A stretch of DNA of 63,686 nt, the filler included, from Welwitschia mirabilis (lineage: Eukaryota): the NCBI GenBank assembly GCA_051453625.1. It is 5 parts of one record of this genome, joined end to end, with 100 filler letters (N's around TTAATTAATTAA, not from the genome) between each part and the next. Parts side by side here need not be neighbours in the genome. Positions count along the whole stretch, not along the records: positions 50,891 to 61,956 come from JBOZIK010000001.1; positions 62,057 to 63,686 come from JBOZIK010000001.1; 3 more parts are not named here. One strand, written 5' to 3'. Both the position numbers and the translations under genes were made by a program. Shown here piece by piece: positions 53,801 to 63,686 of this stretch. A model generated the notes under the pieces. The model saw only the letters and a program-made list of their open reading frames with translations. It ran no database searches and was not told where the DNA came from. How positions within the stretch are numbered: the stretch's first letter is position 1; each line of letters opens with the position of its first letter.

Positions 53801-55283
53801 TGAAATCTTTAATCATATTAGTTGAATCACTTTTCTCTTCTTCCTTATCATGTTTTACCTCCTTTAAATAATTTATGATTTATCCTATAGTTTTATTTTC
53901 CTTAGAAATGGGTTTTAGCTAGGTTTGACTTATTTTTACTAGATTTTCCAATAAATTCCATGAATCATCTAAAGTTAAGTTCATTAAGTTGCCATCATAA
54001 AAAAAGTCTACAAGTTGTCTATTTTGATTAGTCAATAGACTATAGAAATAATTTATTAATTCTTCTTTACAAAATTCATCAACAAAATTGGAATGGATAG
54101 CTATGATAGAATGATCATAAGTAATGACATAATCCTTTGGAGGTTATTGTTAGAAGTTGGTAACTTACTTCCTTATTTTTTTCATGGTACCTTCATCCAA
54201 AAATCATTTAATAAAAAGTTCTTGCACTTTAACTCCATAATTTAAAACACTTTTATGGAATGATTTTAAGCCAAAGTTTTGCTTTTCCTCTAAGTTTGAT
54301 AAAAAATACAACCATATAAGTATGATCACTAATACATTTCTTCCCATTATTTAAGGTAAGTAAAGTTATTTAATGTTGGCTAGATGTTTAAAAGGGTCCT
54401 CTTTAGGTTTCCTTAAAAATGTTGGATATCTGTTTAAGTTTCTTAATTCTACATTATCACTAGAAGATAAATCAAAAAGAATTTAGATTCCATATTATCT
54501 TTTAGAAATTAAATCTCTAAGCATAGCATTTCCATTTGAAGTTAAATTTGCTATCATGATTGGTATACTAGATGAAGCAAATTTTTTTTTATTTTTGTAA
54601 TGATTTTAACATAAATGAAAAATAAATTATATGAATTTTGTTTTAAAAAATTTGACTCTGAAATAATAAAAGGAGAAAAATATTCTTCTTTAGTTCTTGA
54701 AATTTGCTCACTTGGGTGTGTGTACCTAGATTTTATTTGAAGTTAAATAACCCTTTCTGATATTTTTCTCAATTAACTTCCACTTTCTCTAAAATTTTGT
54801 CTTTCTACTAGAAATCACCATGTTCCTACATACTTCAAATAGAAAATAAAAATTAAAATATAAAAAAACTAACATTCATCTACCTAGTTATGGAGACAAA
54901 AAAAGGAACAATGATTAGAAAAATAGAGGATTACTAAAAATAGAGAAAATTATTGAAATTAGAAAATAAGGCCATCGTCCATCTTTTTATGGGGATGATA
55001 GTAAGGATGACAACACATTATTCTGTTATTAAGGAAAAAATGTAGGAAGAAAATAAATTAAAAAAAACTATGACTCTCATTCTTAGTATCGTGTGGATGA
55101 CTAAGGGAATGATAATACTAATTAAAGCTATGAAAAAGAAAAATTACCAAAATAAACCTACCAAACTAGAATAAAAATATAGCACTATTTTAGATAAATA
55201 ACCTAAACCAAAATCTAAAGTACTTATCTAGATAATGATAATCATCCAACTTCTTATGACCTTTCCTGAAAATAGTGCAAAAA
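50891..55283 (-). pseudogene. Element G: Athila-type internal region (leader, gag, protease, RT, RNase H start)
   Basis: Protease LVDIGTSVNIMPL (~52840-52800), RT IYIDDF (~51535-51515), RH LMCDVK (~51090), decayed PBS at 55262-55283. Collinear with C. Confidence 0.88.
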
Positions 55284-55854
55284 TGTTATAGTGTGAATTT
55301 GTATAATATTTAAGTCCCTAGGTAAAAATTGTAAAATAGAATACTTCCAAAAAAACACATATTAATATAAATAAGAATAAATCTAAATGTCATAATCCAT
55401 TAAAGGCTAAAGTTAGAGGATTGATTTTACAAAGTATTTTTGATATTTTTACTTTAGTAAATAAAAATAAAAAACAATGTAAATGTTATGCAAGATGAAT
55501 GATGATGAAATGGAATCAATAAAATGCAAGTGTGATAATTATATTTAAATTCCAAACCTTTTTTGTAACAAGAATTAGCCCTTATAAATTAGATCAATTA
55601 GAAAGTGTTATCACTTGTCCCTAATTAACATATCCTATAAGATGTATCAAACAAAATGTGGATAAATGCATATATGAAAATGAAATGAAATGAAATGAAA
55701 TGCAATATCTAAACTAATAATACTAACCTTAATAAAGGTTTCCCTTATGATCTAAATAAACTATAAAATTATCATTCAATCATAATCAACTTAAACCATA
55801 AGGGAGGTTCACATAATAAAAGTAATAATAGTTCTTGTATTAATCATCAATTAA
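55284..55854 (-). repeat. 5' LTR of G (partial, interrupted at 55855)
   Basis: TGTTATAGTGTGAATTT start. Homology to the C-family LTR stops at ~55845. Confidence 0.8.
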
Positions 55855-56090
55855 CATTAGTATCAGAAATATGGGCTTTTAAGGCATTTCTTCAAAAAAT
55901 GCCTTTAAAACAATTTCCTTAAAATCCCACATGCTTTTAAGGAATTTTTGAGGCATTTTAATAAAAATGCCTTAAAAGGCCTTGTAAGGCATTTTTTCAA
56001 GAAACACCTTAAATCATTTTATGGCATTTTAGCAAATAAATACCTTACAAGAATTTTAAAGATTTTTAGAAATAAATGCCTTAAAATGTA
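55855..56090. mobile_element. CACTA/EnSpm-like terminus with subterminal repeats
   Basis: CATTAGTATCAGAAAT (decayed CACTAGT..) followed by about 10 copies of TTTAAGGCATTT / AAATGCCTTAAA in alternating orientation. The other end is not found in the window. Confidence 0.7.
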
Positions 56091-56853
56091 CAACTTAGAT
56101 TTTAAAAAATACCACATAGAACTAAAAGAAAATTTACCACACAAAATGCATTTGAATGGGCATGATTAAAATGAGTCTGTTGAAATATTTTCTATTAATA
56201 ACATTCTCAATATCATGAAATATTTAAAAAATAATATATTTTAATTTTCACATACTCTAAAAATTCCATTTTCAAACCTACTTAACAAAGTTAGAAGTGA
56301 AAATTCAAACATGGTTAATCTCAAAAATTTTAGTGTACAGCCCATCTACATTTCTATTCCTAGTTTTTTATTAAAAAATATTATTTTCACTATTATATTT
56401 TAATGAAAATAAATAAACCATTGCTTAAGAGCAAGGGTATTAAGTAAGGTATTACATGCTTAAATAGTCTTAATTTAAAGAAGCCAAATGCCTAATTTTT
56501 TTGGTTTCAAAGTATTTACTCTAAATGATCAATGTGTGTACTATGTACTATGTAAAGTCTCAATGTTAACTCCTAAATTTCGTTGTTAGGCTCTTCATCT
56601 TTAAATTACTTTTATTTCATATCACATCTAGAAGATTTATTCAGATTTTCATCTCCATTTTTTCTTAACCTTGGGCTACTAAGAGCAGTAGTAAAAGTGT
56701 GATAAAAGAAGGCATCAAAAAAGTTTACTTTTGAATTATCTATCTAAAAAAAGAAACTTCTTATTCAAATCAAATAAGACAAAAAAGTTTCAAATTAAAA
56801 GGAACTAATTGTAAGCATTGATAAATTAATAATACCTTCATATTTCTAGATCA

Positions 56854-57197
56854 TTATGGAGAAGACTGCTTACTAATAATAAAGGCTTGTAGAAAAATTT
56901 GAGCAGCTTTTGTTTGTTCTAGTGTTCTAGAGATTAGAACCATAGCTTTGAACATCCTAGGTATAGGATCATGCACAATAACCTTTGCACCAGAAATCTG
57001 AAATTATATAAAATTAGTCATATAGCATTAAACAAATCTCTGAATATTTAAAAATAAAAATTGATTAGTACTTTATTTAGCTAAACCTATCTAATTTGAT
57101 TCAAATTGCTATTATTCTTGCAATAAAGGAATCTATTATATGCTTAGGAATATGTACTTCAATAGTAGTATTGGTAATAGCTACTGATTTACTTGCA
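56854..57197 (-). pseudogene. Two-exon fragment encoding the last KH domain of a HEN4-like (hnRNP K/PCBP-type) plant RNA-binding protein
   Basis: Exon 57197-57087: SKSVAITNTTIEVHIPKHIIDS-(frameshift)-KNNSNLNQIR* (CAG>TAG). GT-AG intron 57086-56998. Exon 56997-56854: ISGAKVIVHDPIPRMFKAMVLISRTLEQTKAAQIFLQAFIISKQSSP*. Possible 3' UTR intron at 56835-56744. Confidence 0.85.
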
Positions 57198-58702
57198 TTA
57201 TACAACATTAAATTTTCAATGTATCCCTTTCAAAATAATAATACATGGCAATATAACGACTACATAACATAACCACTGAATGAAATAACAGTTAGATGCA
57301 TAACAATTAGATGAAAAAAGGTTATAAATCCACCTCTTCAAACTAATACTCAAATCAAAGGAGATAGCAAAATTGGGTTATGTATACTTAGATGAAAAAA
57401 GGTTATAAATCCTAGTTTCTTCCATGGTTTTAACAACATGTTCCTCTTTAGATTTTATTCCTCAAGGTATCTACATTATCGATCGGGAATAAGAAGGCTC
57501 GATATTCTCTCTTAAGAAGAATGAAATAATAGTTTCTATAAGGATAGGCATTGGCGAAGTTAATTCTAAAGTTCAAGAGAAAGTTCCAAAATTAAAAGAT
57601 GATATTGAAACTAAGGGAAGGAACTTAGAATATTTAGGGCCTATATCCTTAAATAGTAAAGAAGACCAAAAAGGTTAAAGGACCTGCTAGAATACTAGAT
57701 TATATCAGTTAGATAGTAGAAAGAACTCAAAGTTCTTGAAATAAAATAGAAATTCCAATGAAAAAAAGTGGAAGCATTTCAATCCCCTTAAAATGAACAT
57801 TGTAGCTAAATAGAAGAAATTCAGTAACTACCAAAAGAAAAAAAAAGAAAAAGAAAAAGAAAAAGAAATAGGGCAACCTCACTTGATGTCAATATCATTA
57901 CATTCTAGAAATGAAGCAATTAGTGTTATCCACTTACAAGTGTTTGATTCCATATAGAACCTTTGATATTGATCACTTGATATCATAGAATTTGAGTATT
58001 TAAGATTTTCCTAAGAAGAGAAGTGGTGGTTATTGCTCAATTTTATTTTTACCTATGTTCTTGATTACGATACTCTTTATCTTCTTCATTCATAAAGGTC
58101 ATTAGCACATTAACTTACTCTTGTATAAGCATGTTGATAAATCACTACATATTTATTATTCATTTATCCATCATCTCTCTATAACAATAGCACCATCTTA
58201 AAAAAGAAAAAAAACCATATTCATCTCTTAAATCACTGCATAATAGGATATCCCTAAAAAGGAATAATATCATTAGCTTTATTAAATATATCTTAAGGTT
58301 ACTTGTGATCTTCCACATCATGTATTCCATCACTTTATGAGCTCTATGATTTTGTGTATTGTTTTTGCACATTTTCATTCTTGTGAAATGCATTATTTAT
58401 GTATTTTAATATCTTTTCCATTTTAATATTCAACCCCTATGTTATTCTATTCATAATAAGTTTACCTAAAATGGATTCATTTTTCTTAAAAGAATAAGAA
58501 AACAAACAAGAAATTAATTATATTATTGCTTAAAGAGTTGTAGATGGAGTTATAAGGCCACTGAGAAGGATGTTAACGTAATAAAACCCTCACTTAGATT
58601 TTACTTTAACATCCAATCATGAGTTTGTAGTCTTCTTGGATATCTAAATTGTTGATTAAGAAGAACAAAGCTTGATATTATCTCTTAAGATGGATGAACT
58701 AC

Positions 58703-60161
58703 TATTGCGGTGTGAATTTATGTAATCTTGAAGTCCTTTAGGTAAACCTGCAAATTATATAACTTGCAGAAAAACACATGCTAGTATAGTCAGGAGTTCA
58801 CCCAAATGTCGTAATCCCAACAAAGGCACTAGGCTCAGAGTTAGAGAATTGATTTTCAAAGGTAGTTTTTGGTATTTTATTTTTTACTTAACTGAAAGTA
58901 AATAGTAAAATGAATGCAATGCAAGATGGATGAATATGAAATGCAAGTGAATGGAAATGGAAATGAATGAATTCACATGGTTCTTAATCTTTCTGTTACA
59001 AGAACTAGCTTCTAGGCTTTTTGTCATAAAGACTATTCTTTCTATAATTCATATCAATCAAGAAGAGTATCTACTAATTTTTAATCAACATAAACTATGA
59101 GATCTACCAAGAAAAATATGCAGTATGCAATATAAAATGGAAATGCAATGCAATCCTACTACTAACCAAGATCAACCTTAACAAAGTTTGCCCTCATGAT
59201 ATAAATAAATCCAAGATTATCACTAACTATGATCAACTTAAACCATAAGAGACATTCACATAATTGAAGTGAAAAGAGTAATTGTATTGATTCAAAATAA
59301 TTTTACATCTACTTACATCAGAATAATAGCACCTTAATATAAGAGACATAGCCTAACACCAAGGAAACCCCTTTCTATAGCTACTGGATAGACCTCCTAC
59401 CTTCAAGATTCTATTACAAGCATATCAAGTATAAAAGATGATTTGAAATTAAAGGAGGAAAGGGTATTTATAGTTTTACAAAGAACCATAACCTTAGACA
59501 TTAATTAAGGGAATCTTAGCCACCCACATGGCCTATTTGGCACTTTTTATAATGAAATTTACTACCACAGTGTAAAAATAGTTGTCCTATTTGTTGTCCA
59601 ATCGATAGAGGGGACAACACTACCTTAACAGCTTGGGTTATGTGCCTGTGCTTCCATGGGTTACCCGGGCATGTTACTGATGCTATCGTCCTATTGGTCA
59701 TCAACACGATAGAGGGGATGATGCCTTGGATTATGTGCCCATGTGCTACTATTAATCTCGTGGGTTGTACTCACATCCGTTGTCTTGCCTGTCGTCCAAA
59801 CGACATAGGGAACGATGCACTATTACCATGTATTGCTGTCCAAGTGTTGCTCATGTGCTATTCCTGTGTAGCTACCATAATGAACTATCGTCCCGACTGT
59901 CGTGAGGACAACAGTGGGGATGACACTTTTCCCAATCTCCTCAAGTAGTGTACATTGGTATTCCTTTTCCTTAGTCCTTCTTCAATATGCTGAGTATTAG
60001 AATATGTCTAAAAGTTTGTCCAATTATGCCAAGAATTACATGTTTTTATGATCATCATATCGTATCTTCATAATTAGCAGAATTGCATTAAAACCTATAT
60101 AAATGTCCTACAAAAATACTTCAAATACACCATCAAATTCCTATAAATTGGCATCACAACA
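58703..60161 (-). repeat. 3' LTR of Athila-type element H (longer, CpG-richer subfamily), with PPT at 60162-60175
   Basis: TATTGCGGTGTGAATTT...GGCATCACAACA, followed by a reverse-complement PPT and the same 3' region as 27440-27516. Confidence 0.88.
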
Positions 60162-60531
60162 TAGCCTTCTATTTAGCCTTGTCAGTCGCTGACAAAGTAG
60201 GAAATCAATTAGATTGCGAGCCAATTTGACTAAGATAATCATCAATTAAAAAAATGGAATTTGAGTTATATTTATAATGCAGAAATAGATGACAAAAAGC
60301 CATTAATACAATTACTACTGTAGTTGTAAGCAACCTACTTAAACTCATCACAATAGTCCAAATAAATATCATACACATAACAAGTTAGAGTGATAGTTTC
60401 AAAAAATGATAATTTGTAGACATAATGCTGANNNNNNNNNNNNNNNNNNNNNNNNNNNNNNNNNNNNNNNNNNNNNNNNNNNNNNNNNNNNNNNNNNNNN
60501 NNNNNNNNNNNNNNNNNNNNNNNNNNNNNNN

Positions 60532-60859
60532 TTTTACATTCAAGCTTCCATCACAAGAATATCAAGTAAAAAAGATGGTTTGAAAGTAAAGGAGGAAAGG
60601 GTATTTATAGTTTTACAATGAACCATAATCCTAGATATTTGTTAAGAAAACCCTAGCCACTCACATTCCCATTTGACACTTTTTATAATGAAATTTACTA
60701 CCATGGTGTAAAAAGAGTTGTCGTCCTATCTGTCATCCACATGACAGAGGGGACAACGCCACCTTAATGCCTTAAGTTATGTGCCATGATCTCCTTTGAG
60801 TTGCCTGCACATGTTATTAATGTTGTTGTCCTATCAGTCGTCCACACGATAGAGGAGAC
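60532..60859 (-). repeat. Second H-subfamily LTR fragment (possibly the 5' LTR of H), cut by a family A insertion
   Basis: Collinear with ~59395-59720. Confidence 0.75.
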
Positions 60860-61955
60860 TATTGCGATGTATATTTATGCAATGTTTTATGTTTCAATTT
60901 TAATCCTATTAATTATAAATAAGATGTAAAATACAACATGCTAGTATAGACGGAGTGATCTGAATGTCGTAATTCCATCGAAGGCCAATGGTGTGGACAA
61001 TAAAGAGTTTATTTCCAAAAATAAATATGTAACTTTATTCAACTAAAATAAATTATAGTGCATGAAAATAAAAGATGCTGATGAAAACTAATCTAAGANN
61101 NNNNNNNNNNNNNNNNNNNNNNNNNNNNNNNNNNNNNNNNNNNNNNNNNNNNNNNNNNNNNNNNNNNNNNNNNNNNNNNNNNNNNNNNNNNNNNNNNNNN
61201 NNNNNNNNNNNNNNNNNNNNNNNNNNNNNNNNNNNNNNNNNNNNNNNNNNNNNNNNNNNNNNNNNNNNNNNNNNNNNNNNNNNNNNNNNNNNNNNNNNNN
61301 NNNNNNNNNNNNNNNNNNNNNNNNNNNNNNNNNNNNNNNNNNNNNNNNNNNNNNNNNNNNNNNNNNNNNNNNNNNNNNNNNNNNNNNNGGTATATAAAGA
61401 ATTCATTTTCAAAAAGAAATGTATAACTCTATTCTACTGAAATAAATTGTAATGCATGAAAATTGAAATAACAATGCAAAACTACCCTATAAAAAGAAAC
61501 AACAATGCACCTGATCTAATTAAGCTCAATCTTAATGAAGGTTACCCTTATAATCTATATAATTAAAGAAACTTATAATGAATCTATAACAACATAAACT
61601 ATAAGGGATAAGTTCCTGCAATTATTGATAAAAAAGAATAATTCATATTAAAATAGAAAAGGCATCTGTATCACAAAGTAGTCATTCCTCAAAGGATGAT
61701 ACGCCGTCCAACACCAAGGTAACATCTCTCTGGATTACAAGATGGTTCTCCGATCCTAAGATCTCTTGCATGAGAATGTCAGGTACTGTCGAAGATGATC
61801 AGGAATTAGGGGGGAAACCTTTATTTATAAACAAAAAGGAAAAGTAAACTGATAGAAAGGTAAAGTAGAAACTCTTGCTAACATGCAAAGGAAAGTCACA
61901 AATAATAGGCAACAATTTGGGAATACATTCTATAAAAGAAATAGGGAATAATGTC
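60860..61955 (-). repeat. Family A LTR (partial, gapped)
   Basis: Reverse complement of 18-1113, e.g. 61700-61785 versus 585-670. Confidence 0.8.
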
Positions 61956-62056
61956 ANNNNNNNNNNNNNNNNNNNNNNNNNNNNNNNNNNNNNNNNNNNN
62001 TTAATTAATTAANNNNNNNNNNNNNNNNNNNNNNNNNNNNNNNNNNNNNNNNNNNN

Positions 62057-63420
62057 AATTAAATAATTTTATACTATCTCATCTTCTTATCCCCTCCTTA
62101 TGCTGATATCATGAATTACCTTATGACTATGAAAACTCCTTAGCATTGGAACCATAATGAATGCAAAACTTTTCTCCATAGGATCAGTGACTATGAATGG
62201 AATAGACCTCATCTTTATAAACATTACAAAGATCAAATTATGTGTTAATGTGAACCTAATGGAAAACATTAAAAATCTTAAAACTTTTTCATGGTGGAGT
62301 TTGTGGAGGATACTTTAGTTGCCAAAAGATCATAATGAAAATTCTTCACTCTAGTTTTTATTGGCCTACTCTTTTCAAAGATTCATTTGACTTTTCTTAG
62401 AAGTGTGATGCTTATCAATGCTATGGTAGCCTAACTGATTCTCATGATATGTCATTCAAACTCATACTTGAATATGAACCTTTTTATTTTTGGGAAATCA
62501 TCTTTGTAGGCCTAATTATACCACCTTCCAATGAGAAAAATTATATCCTAGTAGCTATGGATTATGTTACTAAGTGGATTGAAGTTGTTTCTACCACCAA
62601 TACTAATGCCTGAACCATTTACAACTTTGTTTAAACTCATATTTTATAATGATTTGGATTTCTATGAATTATCATTAGTGATCAAGAAACTCTTTCATTA
62701 ATCACCTCTTTTGAAAATGTTTTTTAACCATTGGTATTGAACATAACATTTCTTATGCCTATCATCCTCAAACCAATGGTCAAGCTAAAAATGCAAATAG
62801 AGAAATCAAGAAAATGCTTTAAAAATGGTCTCTATTAATAAGAAAACTTGGTATTCTAAACTTAATGATGTTATTTGGGCTTACCATACTACTTCTCATA
62901 ACTCTCTAGGTTTCTCATCCTATAAAATTGTGTTTGGAAAAGTGTGTATGTTACCAGTTAATGTTTGCTATAATTCTTATTGGTTTACCTATCAACTGAA
63001 TCTTATTAACTTGAATGAAAACCTTAAAATTCATTTAGCCCAACATGACCATTTACATGAAAAATGTACTCATGCCTTACATCATCAACTCATTCATAAA
63101 ACTCAAACCAAGTTATAACATGATAAAAAAATTATTCATAAATAGTTTAAAGCTAGTCAACTTGTCTTGTTGTATAACACTCAAGTACACCTTTTATACA
63201 ACAGTTAACTTCTACATGATTAGGTTCTTATCATATCAAAAAAGTACACTCAAATGGCTTAGTTGAAATCTTCGATTTAAATCCTAGAGAAATCCAAAAG
63301 ATTAATGAATAGAGGTTAAAAATTTATGAGTCATCTCCTAATAAAATCTTAAACATGATAGAAGCACATGTTTTGGAACCCCCTCTTCATAAGAAGAAAC
63401 TTTCTTTTGCCATTATCTAA
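62057..63420 (+). pseudogene. Athila-type integrase remnant (another C-family copy), followed by its 3' non-coding region to the window end
   Basis: YADIMNYL, FYWPTLFKD, YILVAMDYVTKWIEVV, AYHPQTNGQAK, and ORF 62825-63118 (WYSKLNDVIWAYHT). Collinear with 17740-18530. Confidence 0.9.
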
Positions 63421-63686
63421 ATTCTTTCCTAACTCTTTCCTTTGGTAAACATCATGTTCTTACTTGAATATCTTTAACTTGACATATGTACTTACTTATA
63501 AAGTTTCCATGATGAGTAATATTTTACTTGGGTATTTTCAATGATAAAATTAGCTTCATCAAATTTTCAAATATTTGTATGTCTATGAACTTCATTCAGA
63601 AGGAAGATGCCTTGGTTATTTTATTCTCTTTTAATGATGTGAGTAAATTAGTTGTTTATGCAAGATCCTACTTTATTACTCATCTC

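Noticed and set aside
55948-56169. 73-aa Lys-rich ORF
   Set aside because: Translation of the CACTA-like subterminal repeats.
59516-59948. 102-aa and 63-aa Cys-rich ORFs
   Set aside because: They lie inside an LTR U3 motif array and are chance frames in GC-richer repeat DNA.

Overview
Very AT-rich, CpG-depleted plant nuclear DNA (seed-plant-like, heterochromatic) from a gappy scaffold. I find no intact protein-coding gene; the ORF track consists of decayed transposon frames and N-gap artefacts. The window is a nest of transposable elements. An Athila-type Ty3/gypsy element B (9324-44587, +, TSD ATTGA/GTTGA, with a decayed env-like third ORF) is inserted in an older gag-bearing remnant (E). 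B itself carries element C in its gag (11971-21461, +, TSD TGATG) and block D in its integrase (26195-38098, -, TSD GACAT), and D contains further nested copies. Around this nest are an L1-like LINE ORF2 fragment, two Ty1/copia pol remnants, a copia/Sirevirus-like LTR with 67-bp tandem repeats and more Athila LTR and pol pieces. A CACTA-like terminus at about 55855 is followed by an intron-containing, pseudogenised fragment of a host HEN4-like KH-domain RNA-binding protein gene (56744-57197, -), a candidate Pack-CACTA gene capture. All alignments and translations were done by eye; internal domain boundaries are approximate. I did not find evidence for a wholly new biological system.
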